Made by a program: the position numbers and the translations under genes. The notes beneath the pieces are model-generated. The model made no database searches and was not told the origin of the DNA. It worked only from the letters and a program-made list of their open reading frames with translations. A stretch of 64,000 bases of DNA from a virus (Duplodnaviria > Caudoviricetes): the IMG/VR virus record IMGVR_UViG_3300021426_000067, one strand, 5' to 3'. Shown here piece by piece: positions 20,250 to 34,621 of this stretch. The stretch's first letter is position 1. Every line of letters starts with the position of its first letter.

Positions 20250-23200
20250 ATGGCACAAGCATCAGGCGAAATTAAATATACGATTGGATTTGATGTCCAA
20301 AAACAAAGTTTAAATGATTTAAAGGCTTCATTAGAAAGCATACGTAAAATGACGTATGGCGATTTTATGAAGATTAATAATTCAAGTATAAAAGAAGCCA
20401 GAAAAGATTTTGCTGAAGTTTAGAAAACTATTAAAGTTGTTGAAACAGCTATGGAAAGTGCATTTAATAAAAAATTAAATACAGTTAACATAGATGCTTT
20501 TAATAGTAAATTAAAACAGAATTAGTTGACTCTTTAGCAAGTATATACAACTTTTAGTAAAGCTGGTGCAAGAGGATAGGCTTCTTTTAGAAATTTAACA
20601 ACAAGTTTATTAAGTGTTAATACTGAATTAAGAAAATCACATGAATTTTTAGATAAAGTTGCAAATACATTTGCAAATACAATAAAGTGGACCATTTCAT
20701 CTTCTATTGTTAATAATTTCTCTCGTTCAATCCAAGAAGCATGGGGATATACAAAAGCATTAGATTCTTCTTTAAATGATATTAGAATTGTTACTGGTAA
20801 TTCAGCAAATGAAATGGCAAGATTTGCGGTTTAGGCTAATGAGACTGCAAAAGCTCTTGGTAAAACTACAACTGATTATACTAACGCGGCTTTAATCTAT
20901 GCTCAACAGGGTTTAAGTGATGAAGAAATTGCAAAAAGAACCGAAATAACTTTAAAGACTGCTAATGTTACTGGGCAATCTACGGATAAAGTATCTGAAG
21001 AATTAACTGCAGTTTGGAATGGTTATAAAGTAAATGCAGATGAAGCTGAAGTTTATGTAGATAGATTAGCGGCTGTTGCGGCAACAACCGCTTCTGACCT
21101 TCAAGAACTTAGTACTGCGATGAGTAAGGTCGCGAGCGCCGCAAATGCGATGGGTGTTAGTGAAGAACAGCTTGCCGCGCAATTATCAACTATTATTTCC
21201 GCTACTCGTCAAGCACCAGAATCAGTTGGTACTGCCTTAAGAACTGTTTATGCACGTATTTCAGATATACAGGCCGGAATTGATGAAGAAGGGGTTTCTC
21301 TTGGTAACTATTCTGGAAAGATGGCAGAATTAGGTTTCAACGTTCTTGATATGAATGGTAAACTTCGTGATATGGGCGAAGTTATGGAAGAAATTGGTAA
21401 TCGTTGGGGCGATTTAACTCGTGAACAACAAATTTCTCTTGCACAAACTATGGCTGGTCAAAGACAATATTCAAATTTAATTGCATTATTTGATAATTTT
21501 GAACAATATAATAAATCTTTGACTACAGCTCAAAATGCAGCTGGCACACTACAAGAACAACAAGATATATATATGGATAGTATGGCAGCGCATTTAAAGC
21601 AATTAAAAGCATCTACTGAAGGTATTTTTAATAGTTTATTTGATGAGTAGGCAACGGATGGAATAAAAGATTTAGTAGATGGATTGTCTGGTGTTGCTGA
21701 TTTAATAGCCCAAGTTACTCAAGGATTAGGCGGTGGAATTGGAGTTTTACAGACTTTAGGAACAGTTGCTCTTCAAGTTTTTCAAACTCAATTAGCGCGA
21801 GGTTTAGCAATTTCAATAGAAAATTTTCAAGCCGCAGAAAGAAATGCTTAGGCTTTAAAACAATCTATTCAAGCAGCAGCAGATATTTCAGCTTAGTTAG
21901 AAAAAAGACGTTCTGCAGATCCTTTTAATGCAAATTTAGATTATACTAAAGATATAGTTGATAAATATCAATTTTTCGGAGATAATTCTCGTTTATTGAC
22001 ACAAGAAGAATTTTCGCAAGCTCAACAACTTTTACAGAAGCAAGGAGATATTAGCGGAAAAATATTAATTAATGATGAGGATATTGAAGCAATTGAAAGA
22101 GCCAGAATAGCTGTTTATTAGTTAATGGAAAGTGAATAGCGTTTTAGTAGTAGTGATGAAGTAGAAAAACATCTTTAGAAGCAAAAAGTATCCCTTTTTG
22201 GAGTCCAAAAAGAATTAAAAAATTTTGCATCAACTTGGAAAGATTTTAGTAATGCTTTAGAACAAGGAAATACTAATGATATTAATACTTATTTTGGACA
22301 ATTACAAACAATATTAACTAACTTAAAGACAAAAGTTGGTGCGGGAGGAATTTTTCAAGATATTCCAGATGCAGCAAAAAAAGCTATATATGCAGCACAA
22401 CTTGAATTTAATAAAATTGATTTAAGTGGTTCTGCAGACAGTATTAAAGAACAAACTTTAGCAATTTTTGGAAATTTATCTGCAGGAGTAAAAACATCAA
22501 TAGCAGAAATTAATGCTGAAATGGAAGTTATTAAAGGCACAGATTAGGCAAAATATAAAGAATTACTTCAACGAAGACAAGAATTAGAAAAATTATTAGC
22601 AGACATTTAGAAAGATAGACAAGCTCTTGTAAATACTACTTAGAATAGAATTAACACAGAAAGTTTAGTCAAAACAGTTGGTGGAGTTGCAAGTTTAGCA
22701 AGAGGAATAGCTCAAACAGGTCAAATAGTAAAAACTTTTTTTAATGACAATTTGACAGCAGGAGAAAAATTTACACAAATAATTACTGGATTATCTTTTG
22801 CTATTCCAATGTTGACAAAGGGATTTCAACAAGCTAAAGAAGCGGCAGTTACATTTTTTGGAGTAAGTTAGGCGATGGCAGGACCTGTTATAATAGCCAT
22901 TACAGCGATAATAGCGGTTTTTACTGCAATCTCTGAATATCAAAAACAAATATATTAGAATGAAATTAAAGCCTATGATGCCGCTATTGAAACTAACAGA
23001 GCAATTCGATAGGAAGCTGAATCTTATGAAGGTTTATATGATGCATTAGAGAAATTAAATGAATAGCAACAAGATCATATTATGACAAGACATTAGTTAA
23101 GAACTAAAATTGAAGAATTAATTAATGAATATGGTCTTGAAGGAGAAGCTGCTGAAAAACTTCGTAAAAATTATACAGATTTAAAACAAGGTATCATTTA

Positions 23201-26200
23201 GGCTCGTCAGTAGGCAGCAAAAACAGAATTTAATGCTGCTCAAGAGGAATTTAATGCTGCTGGTGGTAAATTCAATAAAATGGCTGATCATTATACTGAT
23301 TCAAACTTATTTGAAGGTGGACATCAGAGAGTATTTACTGGAAGAATGTCTGAAAGTGGAGATAGAGATATAGCAGATAAACTTTCTCAAATTCAAGGGA
23401 TAGAATCAAGTATAGACGGAAGCGGAATTATATCTCTTGAACTTAAAATGAGTGATTCTGTTTATGAGCGTTTTAAACAAATTGAAGAGATAAAAACAAA
23501 AATAAATGAATTAGAAAGTGAAGCTACAACAAGTGAGGAAAAAACTGCTTTATATAACAGTCCTCTATATACTCAACTTAATGGTTTCTTAACTAAATTA
23601 TAGGAAGGAACAGCAGATTATAAAACTTCTTTAGAAGCTATATAGCAAGCTACTGTAAATACTGTATTAGTAAATATTCCTGATTTTATGAATAATTCTA
23701 TTTAGGGCGTAAATAATTATTTAATTAACAGAGCAGAAGCTATCAAACAAGTAGAATAGGAATTAAAATAGCAAGGAATAGAACAAGAGGGATTAGCAGC
23801 AGAATTAGTTGATAAACAGTTATCTTCTAAATTTGGAGAATTATATGCGGATTATGGTAAGGCTGGAAAATTTATTGATGAATTAACTGAAAAATTTGGA
23901 AAAGATACTGATAAAATTCAACAAGAATTAGATAAATTAAACCCAAATCAATTGGAATATTTAATTCAATTACTTGATTTAAATCCTTCTATTGGGAAGA
24001 CTTGGGAAGATATATTATCTCTTATTGATAAGGTTTCCAAAAAAGAAGTTTCTGATTTGGCGATTAATCCAGATAATTTATCGGCTTTTCAAGAAATGGC
24101 TTCTTAGAAATATAGTTCTTTACAATAGGTTGAAGATAAAGTTAAAAGTGGAAAAAATTTAACTAAAACTGAATTTCAAAATTTAGGTTCTTTAGCTCCT
24201 GATTTAACAGATTATTTTAAACAAGCAATAAATGGAACATATGAATTAAAAGAATCTGCTCAAGAATTTTATAATGCGATTGATAAAGAAAAAGTTGCTG
24301 ATTTTGGAACTGCTTTAAGTACTGCTTATGACCAAATTGATAAAATAAAAACTTTAAAAGCAACTGGGGTGGATTATGAAGATGTAATGCAAAAAAATTA
24401 TTAGTCAGTACAGTCTATCCCTGGAGGACCTGATCAGGCTATTGGAATTAATGATGAATTAGTTCAAAAGCAATTAGATTATTTATAGGCGGTTGATGCA
24501 ACCAATAAAGAATCTGTTGATATGTGGAGATAGCAAATTCAAGAAGGTAGAGCAACTAAGGAAACTTATGATGAAATTTATCAAGCATTAGAAAGAGTAA
24601 AAGATCTTGGTGACCTTAATGACGCTTTAGGGGAAAATGAGAAAACAGCCAGATAGTTAGAACAAGCTATTCATGATGCTATGTTTCCTCTTGATGAAGA
24701 TGTTGATTCAAAAGCACTTCAATCTTTAACTGATACAATTCAAGGAATGGCTGATTCTTCAGCTGAATTAGCAGATATTTTAGAAGAAGATAAACGAGCA
24801 GCTGAAGATGTGTCAGAGTCTATTTTAAGATTTGACGATGCTATTCAAAATGTCGTAGATAGTTATGATGATTGGATGGGAGCGTTAACAAGTGGTGCTG
24901 TGGGAGAGCAATCTGAAGCAATAGATGGATTACGAGATGCTTATGCTGATTTATTAGATATGGATGCTTCTGCTTTACCTGAAAGTTTTTTACAAAGTGC
25001 TGAAAATCTTTAGTTGATGAAAGCTGCTATTGATGGTAGTGAAGAGGCTTATAATCAACTTCTTGAAAATGCTGCTCAAGCTATTTTATTAGATGTAGGA
25101 TTAGATACTGATCAATTTTATAGTGACAGAGATAATATTCAAACTGCTATGGAGTATTTAACAGGACAGGAGTTTGATGATATCGAAGTTGGAGCTGAAT
25201 TAAATGATGCTAATTTTTTAGCTGGTTTAGAGAATATTGTTAATGCGTCTGGGATGACCGCTCAACAGGCAACAGACTATCTTGCTGCTATGGGCGTAGA
25301 TGCAGAAGTTATAGAAGATACCAGCCGAGTTAGAGACATCCATCAATATACCGGTGCGAAACCAACCATTGAAGATAATCCTTTCCTTGGTACTGATCCT
25401 GCAACTGGAGCGCCAATGACATATCATTTCCCTACAGTGACTTATGAAACCGTTCCTTCTTAGGGTGAAGATATAAAAGAAAATTCTGCTTTTGCCTTAA
25501 AAGTAACTGCTGCTCATAAATCTTCTGGTGGTGGTTTTAAATTTAGAAATGCTGCAAATGGTGGTGGTTCTAAAGGTCAACAACGTAGAGCTGGTTCCGG
25601 TAAAAAAGGCGGCGGAGGTAAGAAAGGTGGAGGCGGGAAAGGCAAATCCGCACAACCAGATACCTCTAAAAAAGATAAGAAAAAGGAGATGGAAGATTAG
25701 CGAGATATTTACCATGATATTAATATTGAATTAGAGCAAATTAATAGATAGCTTGAAAGAACATAGAAAGTTCAATAGAGATTGTATGGTAAAGATCTTA
25801 TTGATAATTTAAATAAACAAACCGCAATCTTAGAAGCTCATAAAAAGAAACTTAAAGAAAAACAAGAACTTCAAAAAGAAGATTTAAAGAATCAACAAAA
25901 AAATCTTAAAAATCTCGGCGTTATGTTTGATGAGTATGGTAATATTGCCAATTATATGAGTGTTCTTGGTAATAAACAACTTGAGATTAATGCCAGAACA
26001 AAAGATTATAATGCTTTAATTGAACAATATAATAAATCAACTAATAAAGATGCTAAAAAAGCTATTGCTGACCAAGCTGAAGCTATAAATAAAGAAATTA
26101 AAAAAGCGGAAGACGAATATAAAGACCTTGAAAAGAAAATTAAAAACTATGATAAACTTCGTGAAGATATGGAAGATTTAGTTGATGAGATTGAAGAAGA

Positions 26201-28721
26201 AACTCAAAAGCAAATTGAATTAAATATTAAGAAGTTTAGAATGGAACTTGAAATCAGATTAGATATGGGATAGGCTGAACGAGATTGGAATAAGTTCCGC
26301 AGAGAAGTCCTTGAAGGCACTGATGTTCTTAAAGGTACTGAATTTGAGAAGATTTTTAAGGACGCCGCAAAAGACGCTACAGATTTAAATTCTTATTTTG
26401 ATGTTCACGGAAGCAAAGGAACTATATAGACTCTTACTGATCAACTATTAGCTACAAAAGCGCAGATTGACGCTATTAATGCCACTGGTACATCTGATAT
26501 TTATGGTGACAATAAAGCGCAAGCTATGTAGGATTTACAGAATGATCTTAAAGAATTAATGGATCAAATGGAAGAAGTTGAAGAGTTAATTAATAATATT
26601 GATGAAGCATATCTTGACACTATTGATGATGTTCAAGACCAATTTGATAAACAAATTGAAGATTATGAATATATTAATGATTTAATTGAATCTAATATGG
26701 ATTTATTAGAAATTATGTATGGTGAAAAGAATTATAATGCTATGCAAAATTATTATGATATGTTACAAAGAAATAATATAAGACAACTTGATTCATTAAA
26801 ACAACAGAGACAATTCTGGAAAGAACAATGGGATGCGGCAGTTGCTCGTGGAGACACGAACGCCGCAGAGAAATTTAAAGAAAATTATAAGGAAACTATC
26901 AAAAATCTTAATTCTTTAATTCAAGAATCTGCAGAAACTTTACAAGATAAGTATGTTAATGCTATTGATAAAATATTTGATGAATTAGATAAGAAATTAT
27001 CTAATGGTCATGGAACTGATTATTTAAATACACAATGGTAGTTAATGAATAAAAATGCAGACGAATATCTTGATACTATTAATACCGCATTTGCTATTCA
27101 AGAGACTGAAGATAAATTTAGAAAAGCATTAGATGATACTAAGAGTATTAAAAATCAACAAGCCTTAAAGAAATTAATGAATGAACAACTTGATATTTTA
27201 AAGAATAAATAGAAAGTTACTCAATATGATATTGATAGGGCGGAGAAGCTGTTAGAAGTAGAAAGAGCCAGAATCGCACTTGAAGAAGCGCAATCCGCAA
27301 AAACTTCTTTAAGATTAAAGAGAGACTCTCAAGGTAATTATTCTTATGAGTATGCGGCAGATAGTGGTTCTGTAGATGATGCTCGTTCTAATTTAGCACA
27401 GGCTCAAAATGATTTATATAATTTCGATAAAGAGCGTTATCAATCTAATTTGAATGATATGCTTCAGGCTTGGAAAGATTTCCAAAATGATTATAAAGAT
27501 ATATTAACTGATACTGCTTTAACTGAACAAGAGAGAGTTGAAAGACTTGCTTTATTAAGAGACGAATATGGTCAATATATCAATGATAAAACTGAAGAAA
27601 ATCTTAATATTAGAAATAATTTAAGAGAGTCTGCATTTGCCGATATAGCTGCATTATATAATACAGATGTTGCTAATTATAATCAAATGTCTCAAGATGA
27701 GCAAAATATTCTTATGGGAGATTTGGTTCCAGCATGGCAAAGTGGTATTCAAGAGATGTCAGATGCGGTTGCTGGTGAAGGTGGATTTATCCCTACCTGT
27801 GAAGAAGCATTTGAAGATATTGAAGAACAGACTCGTTCTTACCAAGATTCATTACAAGAATTAGCGGATGCTGCAGGTATCAATCTTGAGGATATTAGAA
27901 ATGGTGTTTCTAATTTAATAGATGAATTTGAAGTATTAGTAGAAGAAAATGATGATATTCTTAATCGCATGAGAGATTAGATGTTTGCTATTGAATCTTT
28001 AAAAAATCAAGCACAACAACTTGTTGGAGAATATAATAATGTTTATCAAGCAGCTGCTAATGCGGTTATTCAATTACATAATTTCGTACAAGCTGAACAA
28101 GCTGCTGCCGCCGCATATCAAGCTACTGCCGCGTCATATGAAAATATGATTCGTAGGATGCAAGCTGCTAACGCCGCCTATGCGAGAAATCCATATGGAG
28201 GAGGCATCTCTGGAGATAGCAGTTCTGGCGGTGGAAGTAGTTCCGGTGGTGGAGGAGGAAACGGATCCGGAGGAAGTGGATCTGGAAGTTCATCAGGAAG
28301 AAGTAGTAATTCCGCTTCTGGAAATAGGGGCGGTTATGCTTATTATACAGGTAGCACAGGTAAGGTTACTTATACAGGGCATTATAGATATGCTTCTGGT
28401 GGATATACTGGAGACTGGGGGAGTGATGACCCCAAATTAGCTTGGGTTGATAGAAAAGAGTTAGTATTAAATAAAGATGATACTAAAAACTTCTTAGAAG
28501 GAACTTATATTCTAAGAGAAATTTCTGCTTCATTAGAAGGTTCTTTAAGTAATCGAATGAACAATATTGGTATTAGATCTGTTAATTCTAAGGATAAAGA
28601 TGAAATTCAACAAAATGTGCATATAGATGCTACATTCCCTAATGTAGATAGTAAACGTGAAATCGAAGAAGCACTTAGTGATTTAGTTAATCTTGCCGCA
28701 CAAAGAGTATTACATAGATAA
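20250..28721 (+). CDS. Tail tape measure protein, 2823 aa; TAG read-through
   Basis: Track fragments 21120, 23280, 24681, 25014, 25782, 26559, 27450 and 27981 are all in frame with the ATG at 20250; TP901-type core (LNDIRIVTG, YAQQG, ESVGTALRT, AGQRQ); C-terminal ASGGYTG; ends TAA. Confidence 0.9.
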
Positions 28722-28722
28722 A

Positions 28723-28755
28723 AGTAAGGGGTATTTTACCCCTTACTTCTTTTTT
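28723..28755 (+). terminator. Intrinsic terminator after the tape measure gene
   Basis: AAGTAAGGGGTA-ttt-TACCCCTTACTT then a T run. Confidence 0.7.
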
Positions 28756-28766
28756 AAGGAGAAAAT

Positions 28767-28937
28767 ATGGATAAAGATGAATTATAGTTATTAAGACACA
28801 AGTGGTAGCATAGAGTATTAGAAATTGAGGATATGTTATAGCTTGTGGATAGTGGGAAAATAACTAAAGAAGATTTTTTTGATATAACCAGATACTCTTA
28901 TTAGGGTATTTATATAGCTAAAAAATTTGAGGATTAA
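28767..28937 (+). CDS. XkdX-like small protein (56 aa); TAG read-through
   Basis: AAGGAG RBS; LVDSGKITKEDFFDIT; 4 in-frame TAG; ends TAA. Confidence 0.6.
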
Positions 28938-29042
28938 TTTGACTTTTGAAAAAAATTATGGTATAATATCCATGAGGATAAGATAAAACATCTTGTCTAA
29001 AGGATTTTTATATCTAATTAAAAAGAGATATAAGGAGGAAAC

Positions 29043-32000
29043 ATGAGTATAAGTGAAAAAGTTTTAGATGCTATTTAGATATTAGCAGATAATTCTGTAA
29101 AAAAAGCAGATTACGATAGAACAATTCAAGCTCAGATACTTTCATGTGAAGATGCAACGATTGGTAAATATAGATGTCGTTATCAAGACGCAGTTTTCTA
29201 TGCTTATTCAAATAATACGGATATTACGTATAGTAATGGCGCATTGGTTTATATATTAGTGCCAGGTAATGATTTTAAGAAGGAAAAAACAATTCTTGGT
29301 ACAACTAAAAAATTAGGAATTAATTATATTACTCAGGCGGAAGGCGATTAGGCTTATGATATAATTGGAACTAATGGGATAGAAAATAGTCAAACTTTTT
29401 ATTTAGATACAAATTATGAATATGAGTATTCTATATATGAAGCAGAAGGCGAAAAAAGTATTGAATTAGATACCCAAGCCATAGAAAAATATATAAAAGA
29501 ATCTTCATCTATTATTGTCGGAGCTGCTATAAAAACTTCAATAAAAGCTGAAAGACAATTAAGAGGACATTATGGTATTGTTTATAATTTAAAATTTATA
29601 GATAATGCTACTGGAAAAGAAACTATTCGTTCATATACAATAGATGAAGATAATATGGTTGGAAATCCTTATAGATTATTATATCCTATTAGACAATACC
29701 AAATTTTTGACGTTGATGGTCCGAATTTTGTAAGAGTTGAATCTATTAAAATTTTTTGTAAGAGTTTCCCAGATAGTGTTCCTTTAGAAAATAACACTGA
29801 ACTTCATCCAGATATTGAAATTAGTCAGTTATAGTTAAATGGCGCTTGCCGCATGTCAGAAAGTTAGATTAATGGGATTGCAATTTCTTTTTATACTCCA
29901 CAAGGAACTTTCTTTCCACCGGGGACAAAAGGCGGCAATAAGCTGATCACCGCACAAGTTAGGGTAAAAGGAAAATTAGTTTCAGCAGATCAAAAGATTC
30001 CTTTCTATTGGGGAAAAGAAAATGTAGGAGTAACTCCAAGTAATCCTTATTATAATAAATACTTAGGACGTGGTTGGAAATGTATTAATAGTAAACAAGA
30101 ATTAGATAGTGAAACTTTTGAATGGATTTCTGGTAAAAATACATATGTTATTAATTTTGGAGAAGCTACCGCAAAAGATAACTGGTTAAAAGTTGCTATT
30201 GTATATGATGGTAATGTTATTAGTAAAAAAATTAATATTCAAAATTTAACAGATAAAATTTATCCAATAATTGAATCAAATGATGGAACTAAATTTTATT
30301 ATGATGTTGGACATCCAACTTTGACCGTAAAAATTATGTAGAAAAAAGACGGTGTAATAAAATAGATTGAAGATATAAGTCAATTTCAATATTATTGGGC
30401 ATATGAAGATAATACAGGGAATCTCGTTGAATTGCCTTAGATTTTTGGAACAGAAAGCCCTAATTATAAATATAATAAAGCTGTAAATGATTTAAATGAT
30501 TTAACCAATGATATTCAAAAAAATTATAATGCTGAAAATATTAGAGTATTAAATGAAACTCTTAAACAATATGATTTTATTCAAAGAGTTTAGGGGAATC
30601 AAATTCATGATGTTCAAATTAGAAACATAACTTCATTTGGTACTTTTAAATGCTCTGTTTTTTCAGGAGAATTATACATTGGAACCGCCCAAATTACTTT
30701 AACAAATACTTTAGATGGAGAAGGATTATATTCTCTTGTTATTAATAATGGTTCTGCGGTTTATCAATATAATGAAAATGGAGTCGCTCCTAATAATAAA
30801 ACTTTAGATAATCCTCAACAGATTCCTGCACTTACATTTACTGTATATGATAATCAAGGAAAACCGCTTGATTCAAATATGATTGTAAATGATAGTAAGT
30901 GTAAAGTTAGATGGAAAATTCCTTTAGGAAATGATACTTTATTAGTTGATAATATGCTTAAGACTCCTAATGATCCAAATCGTATTGAAACTGAATCATA
31001 TGTATATTATGATAAGGTCGAAACTTTATCTTATGGAATTGCTAATAAATATGATATTAAAAAGCAAAATAATCAGATTTAGCTTACTGTTGATTATAAA
31101 GGATTAAATTTAACAGCGAGAACTAACTTTACTTTTGCTAAACAAGGTGAACCAGGAACTAACGGTACTGAATATGTTGTTAAAATTGTTCCAAATACTA
31201 CAATGGATAATCCGCCATTATGGCCGATGATTACTAAGAAAGAAGGTGCCGGATATTAGATAAATTATGGTATAAATAGTTCTGCACCTATTTCTGAAAT
31301 AAATGAAGGTGTAGATAAAAAATTATTTAAAGCTCAACTTTGGCAAGATGGAGAAGAAATTTGGGAAGGTATTTCCAACGATGATGAATATAAAAATTTA
31401 AAAGTAGATCTTATTCATTGGGAAGTTTTAAAAAATATATATAATAAAAGTAATAATATTAATATAGAAGATTTTTCTGCTTTTCAGATACCTTCATAGG
31501 GGGATATTCAATTATCTCAATGGGAAGGAAATTTGAAAACACCTGAAGCTAATATTATTAAATGTAGTATTACTTATGGCGGACAAGGTAAAACTTACTA
31601 TGGGACTATTCCTATAATAACCGCGTGGGTTAAACAAGAAAAAAATGAAAAGAATGAATATAAAGAGAAATATAGAATTGGATTAAGAAATTTTACTGGT
31701 TTTAGACATGTGTTATATACTTCTGATGGCATAAATCCTCAATATGATAATTCTCATCCTTTTGAATTTTATTGTGAAGAATTAATTAAAAAAGAAGGTA
31801 CAGAAATTTAGACTTGGGAAGACGTTTCTAATGTTTAGGGTAGTCATCAAATAACTTATAAATTTTTTGCAATAGGAAATTATCAAAGTTATGATGAAAC
31901 ATATACTTCAACTAATGCAAACTTATTAACTATATTAGGAGAGGCTTACAGAAAAGGGCTAACTCCAAATCAATGCCCTGCTCGTCCAGCCGCAAAATAT

Positions 32001-33911
32001 GATGGACAATGTGTAAATGTAGCTATCTGTTGTGAAATGCGTCAGAATGGAGAAGTAATAGGTCAAATTAAAGTTCCTATTCATTATTTATTAAATAAAT
32101 TTGGTTTATCTCATATTAATGATTGGGATGGTAATAGTATTTAGATTAATAATAATGGTGGTTATATACTATCACCGCAAATGGGAGCTGGTGTAAAAAA
32201 TAAACAAAATCAATTTACTGGCGTATTAATGGGTGAAGTTATTACTCCAAATAAAAAAGAATCTGATATAGGTTTATTAGGTTATGTAGATGGCGACAGA
32301 ACAATTTTCTTAAATAGTAGAAATGGTTCTGCACTTTTTGGTAGAGCTAATCAAGCTCAAATTACTATTGACCCAACAACAGATAGAGGAATGATTTATA
32401 GTGGAAAATTTTGGAAAAACTATAATTAGGATGGGCTACCAAATGATTATAAATATAGACATTTTCCAACAGAAGAAGATAGAAAAGCAAAAAATTTTAA
32501 TTAGAATGATGAAAAATATTTTAAACCTAATGAAAATGTTATTAATAAACAAGGATTAATAATTGATTTAACTACTCCTGAGATTTATTTTGGTACTGGT
32601 AATTTTTATGTAACAAAAGATGGCTATATTCATGCTGTAGGTGGCGGAGATATTGCTAATTGGCAAATTGGTAAGACTACATTAAAAAGTAAAACTGGTG
32701 GGATTACTTTAGATTCTTCTGGAAAGGTTTATTCTGGTGCTCATGATGATTTAACAAAAACCAGTGATGGATTTTATTTGGCGGCAGATGGATTGTCTAT
32801 TGGTCATCAAGTTAAAATTGAAAAAGATGGAATAATGTATTTAGGAAAAAATGCAGTATCTCAAGCCTATGATAACTATTGGACTATTGATGGAAGTGAT
32901 GCTGGATCTCATATTTCTTTTGGAACATTAATAAATCTTCCAAAGTTAGATAAAAATGGAAAAGAAATAAAAGATAAAGATGGGAAAACTGTATATGAAG
33001 GTTAGAAATGGTATCCAGCGACACCTAAAAGTGGAATAAATAAAAATGATAAAAGAATAAAAGATGGAACTGACCCCAGAAGTAATACAATTTATTTAGG
33101 TACAGATGGAATTTCTCTTGGTAAAAGATTTTCTGTTTCACCAGGTGGACAATTAATCGCTTATAATGGAATTATTGGTGGTTGGACAATTGATTCAACA
33201 AAAATTTATGCAGAAAGTATACAATTAAATAGTGATGGTTCAATGAAAGGTGGGTATGCGAAAGCTATTCTTAATAAAGATAAACCAAATGAAACGACTA
33301 ATACTCAATGGAGTATTAGTAATCAAGGAGTAGCTTCTTTTAATTATATTAAAGCTAATAGTGGTGGAAAAATAGGTGGTTGGACAATTCAACCAGGAAC
33401 TTTAACTGGAACATCAGATGGAGGCAATAAAATTATATTAGATGCAAATGGTGGAACTATAAAAGCAGTAAATAGTGATGGAGCTGCTTTATGGTCTATT
33501 GGTCGAGGCGGAACGGCAAGTTTTAATAATAATTTTTATTTATCTGGTACAGGAGAAATTCAAGGAACTGGAAGTTTATCAGGATCAGGCATGAGTATGG
33601 GAGCTGTAGGAAGCACGATAAATCCTGCAAGTGTTACTGTTCCAGATGGAGGTACTTTAACAAAATATATTAGTAAGTTAATTGTAAATGATTTAAATGT
33701 ATGTAAAAATTTTCAGTATAATGGTAACAAAGTTTTTTGGAGAAAAATTGAATTTGTAACAGGTATACACAAATCTCAAAGTATAGGAAAATTTTTTTAT
33801 TATACATAGTCTTTATGGGTACTGGGAACAGAGGTGACGGGAGGATTGACAGCAAAAGGTGTTACTCTTAATTTACCAGAAAGTAAGCCAAGAACATCAA
33901 CAGGAGGATAA
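29043..33911 (+). CDS. Large tail / baseplate-associated protein, 1622 aa; TAG read-through
   Basis: Track fragments 30879, 31533, 32181, 32778 and 33243 are in frame with the ATG at 29043; G.IGGWTI beta repeats in the C-terminal half; ends TAA. Confidence 0.8.
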
Positions 33912-33919
33912 TATTATTT

Positions 33920-34126
33920 ATGAATGAAAAAATTTCAATAAATTTAGCTACACAAAATTTTAAAGAAAAATTAATAGAAGATATATAGAATAGTGGATTA
34001 CCTGCAGTAGTTATTATGTTAATTTGGCAATCTATGTTAAGAGATATAGAAAGTGCATATTATTCTTCTCTTAATATTGAAATGGCTTAGCAAAAACAAA
34101 AAGATTTTAAAGAAGAGGAAATATGA
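33920..34126 (+). CDS. Small hypothetical protein (68 aa); TAG read-through
   Basis: MNEKISINLA...I*NSGLPAVV; TGA overlaps the next ATG. Confidence 0.65.
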
Positions 34127-34611
34127 AAATTTTATCGTTAGATTTATCTACGAAAAGTAGCGGCTATGCAGTTTCTTAGGACTAGACCTTGGAATCTTAT
34201 GGCTGCATAACCGCAACTTCAAGAGATGTAATACAAAGAATAATAAAAATGCGGAATTAGCTATCTCAAATTATTAAAGATAATAACGTAAAAAAGATAT
34301 TGATGGAAGAAGTGCGACCTGATTATAATATTCATACAAGTAAAGTGTTAATGTGGTTACAGGCGGCGGTTGTTATCGCCGCCCATGAACTGGACCCAAC
34401 AATTTAGTATGAATTTATTAACACTAATTAGTGGCGGGCCGCCCTGAACATTAAACAAGGACGAGGTATACGAAGATAGCAACTGAAACCGCAAGATATT
34501 AAATATGTTTAGGATAAATATCATATAACAGTAAATGATGATATAGCAGACGCTATTTGTATATTAGATGCTTATCATACAAAAATAAATAATTAGATTA
34601 ATTGGTAGTAA
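34123..34611 (+). CDS. ruvC: RuvC-like Holliday junction resolvase; TAG read-through (absent from the ORF track)
   Basis: ILSLDLSTKSSGYA, ILMEEV, *WR, NDDIADAICI catalytic acidic motifs; 9 in-frame TAG; ends TAA. Confidence 0.85.
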
Positions 34612-34621
34612 GGAGAATCAA

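Noticed and set aside
20250-33911. Fragmented ORFs as pseudogenes or sequencing error
   Set aside because: Breaks are TAG only, frames are preserved without indels, and essential genes are affected; this fits recoding, not decay.
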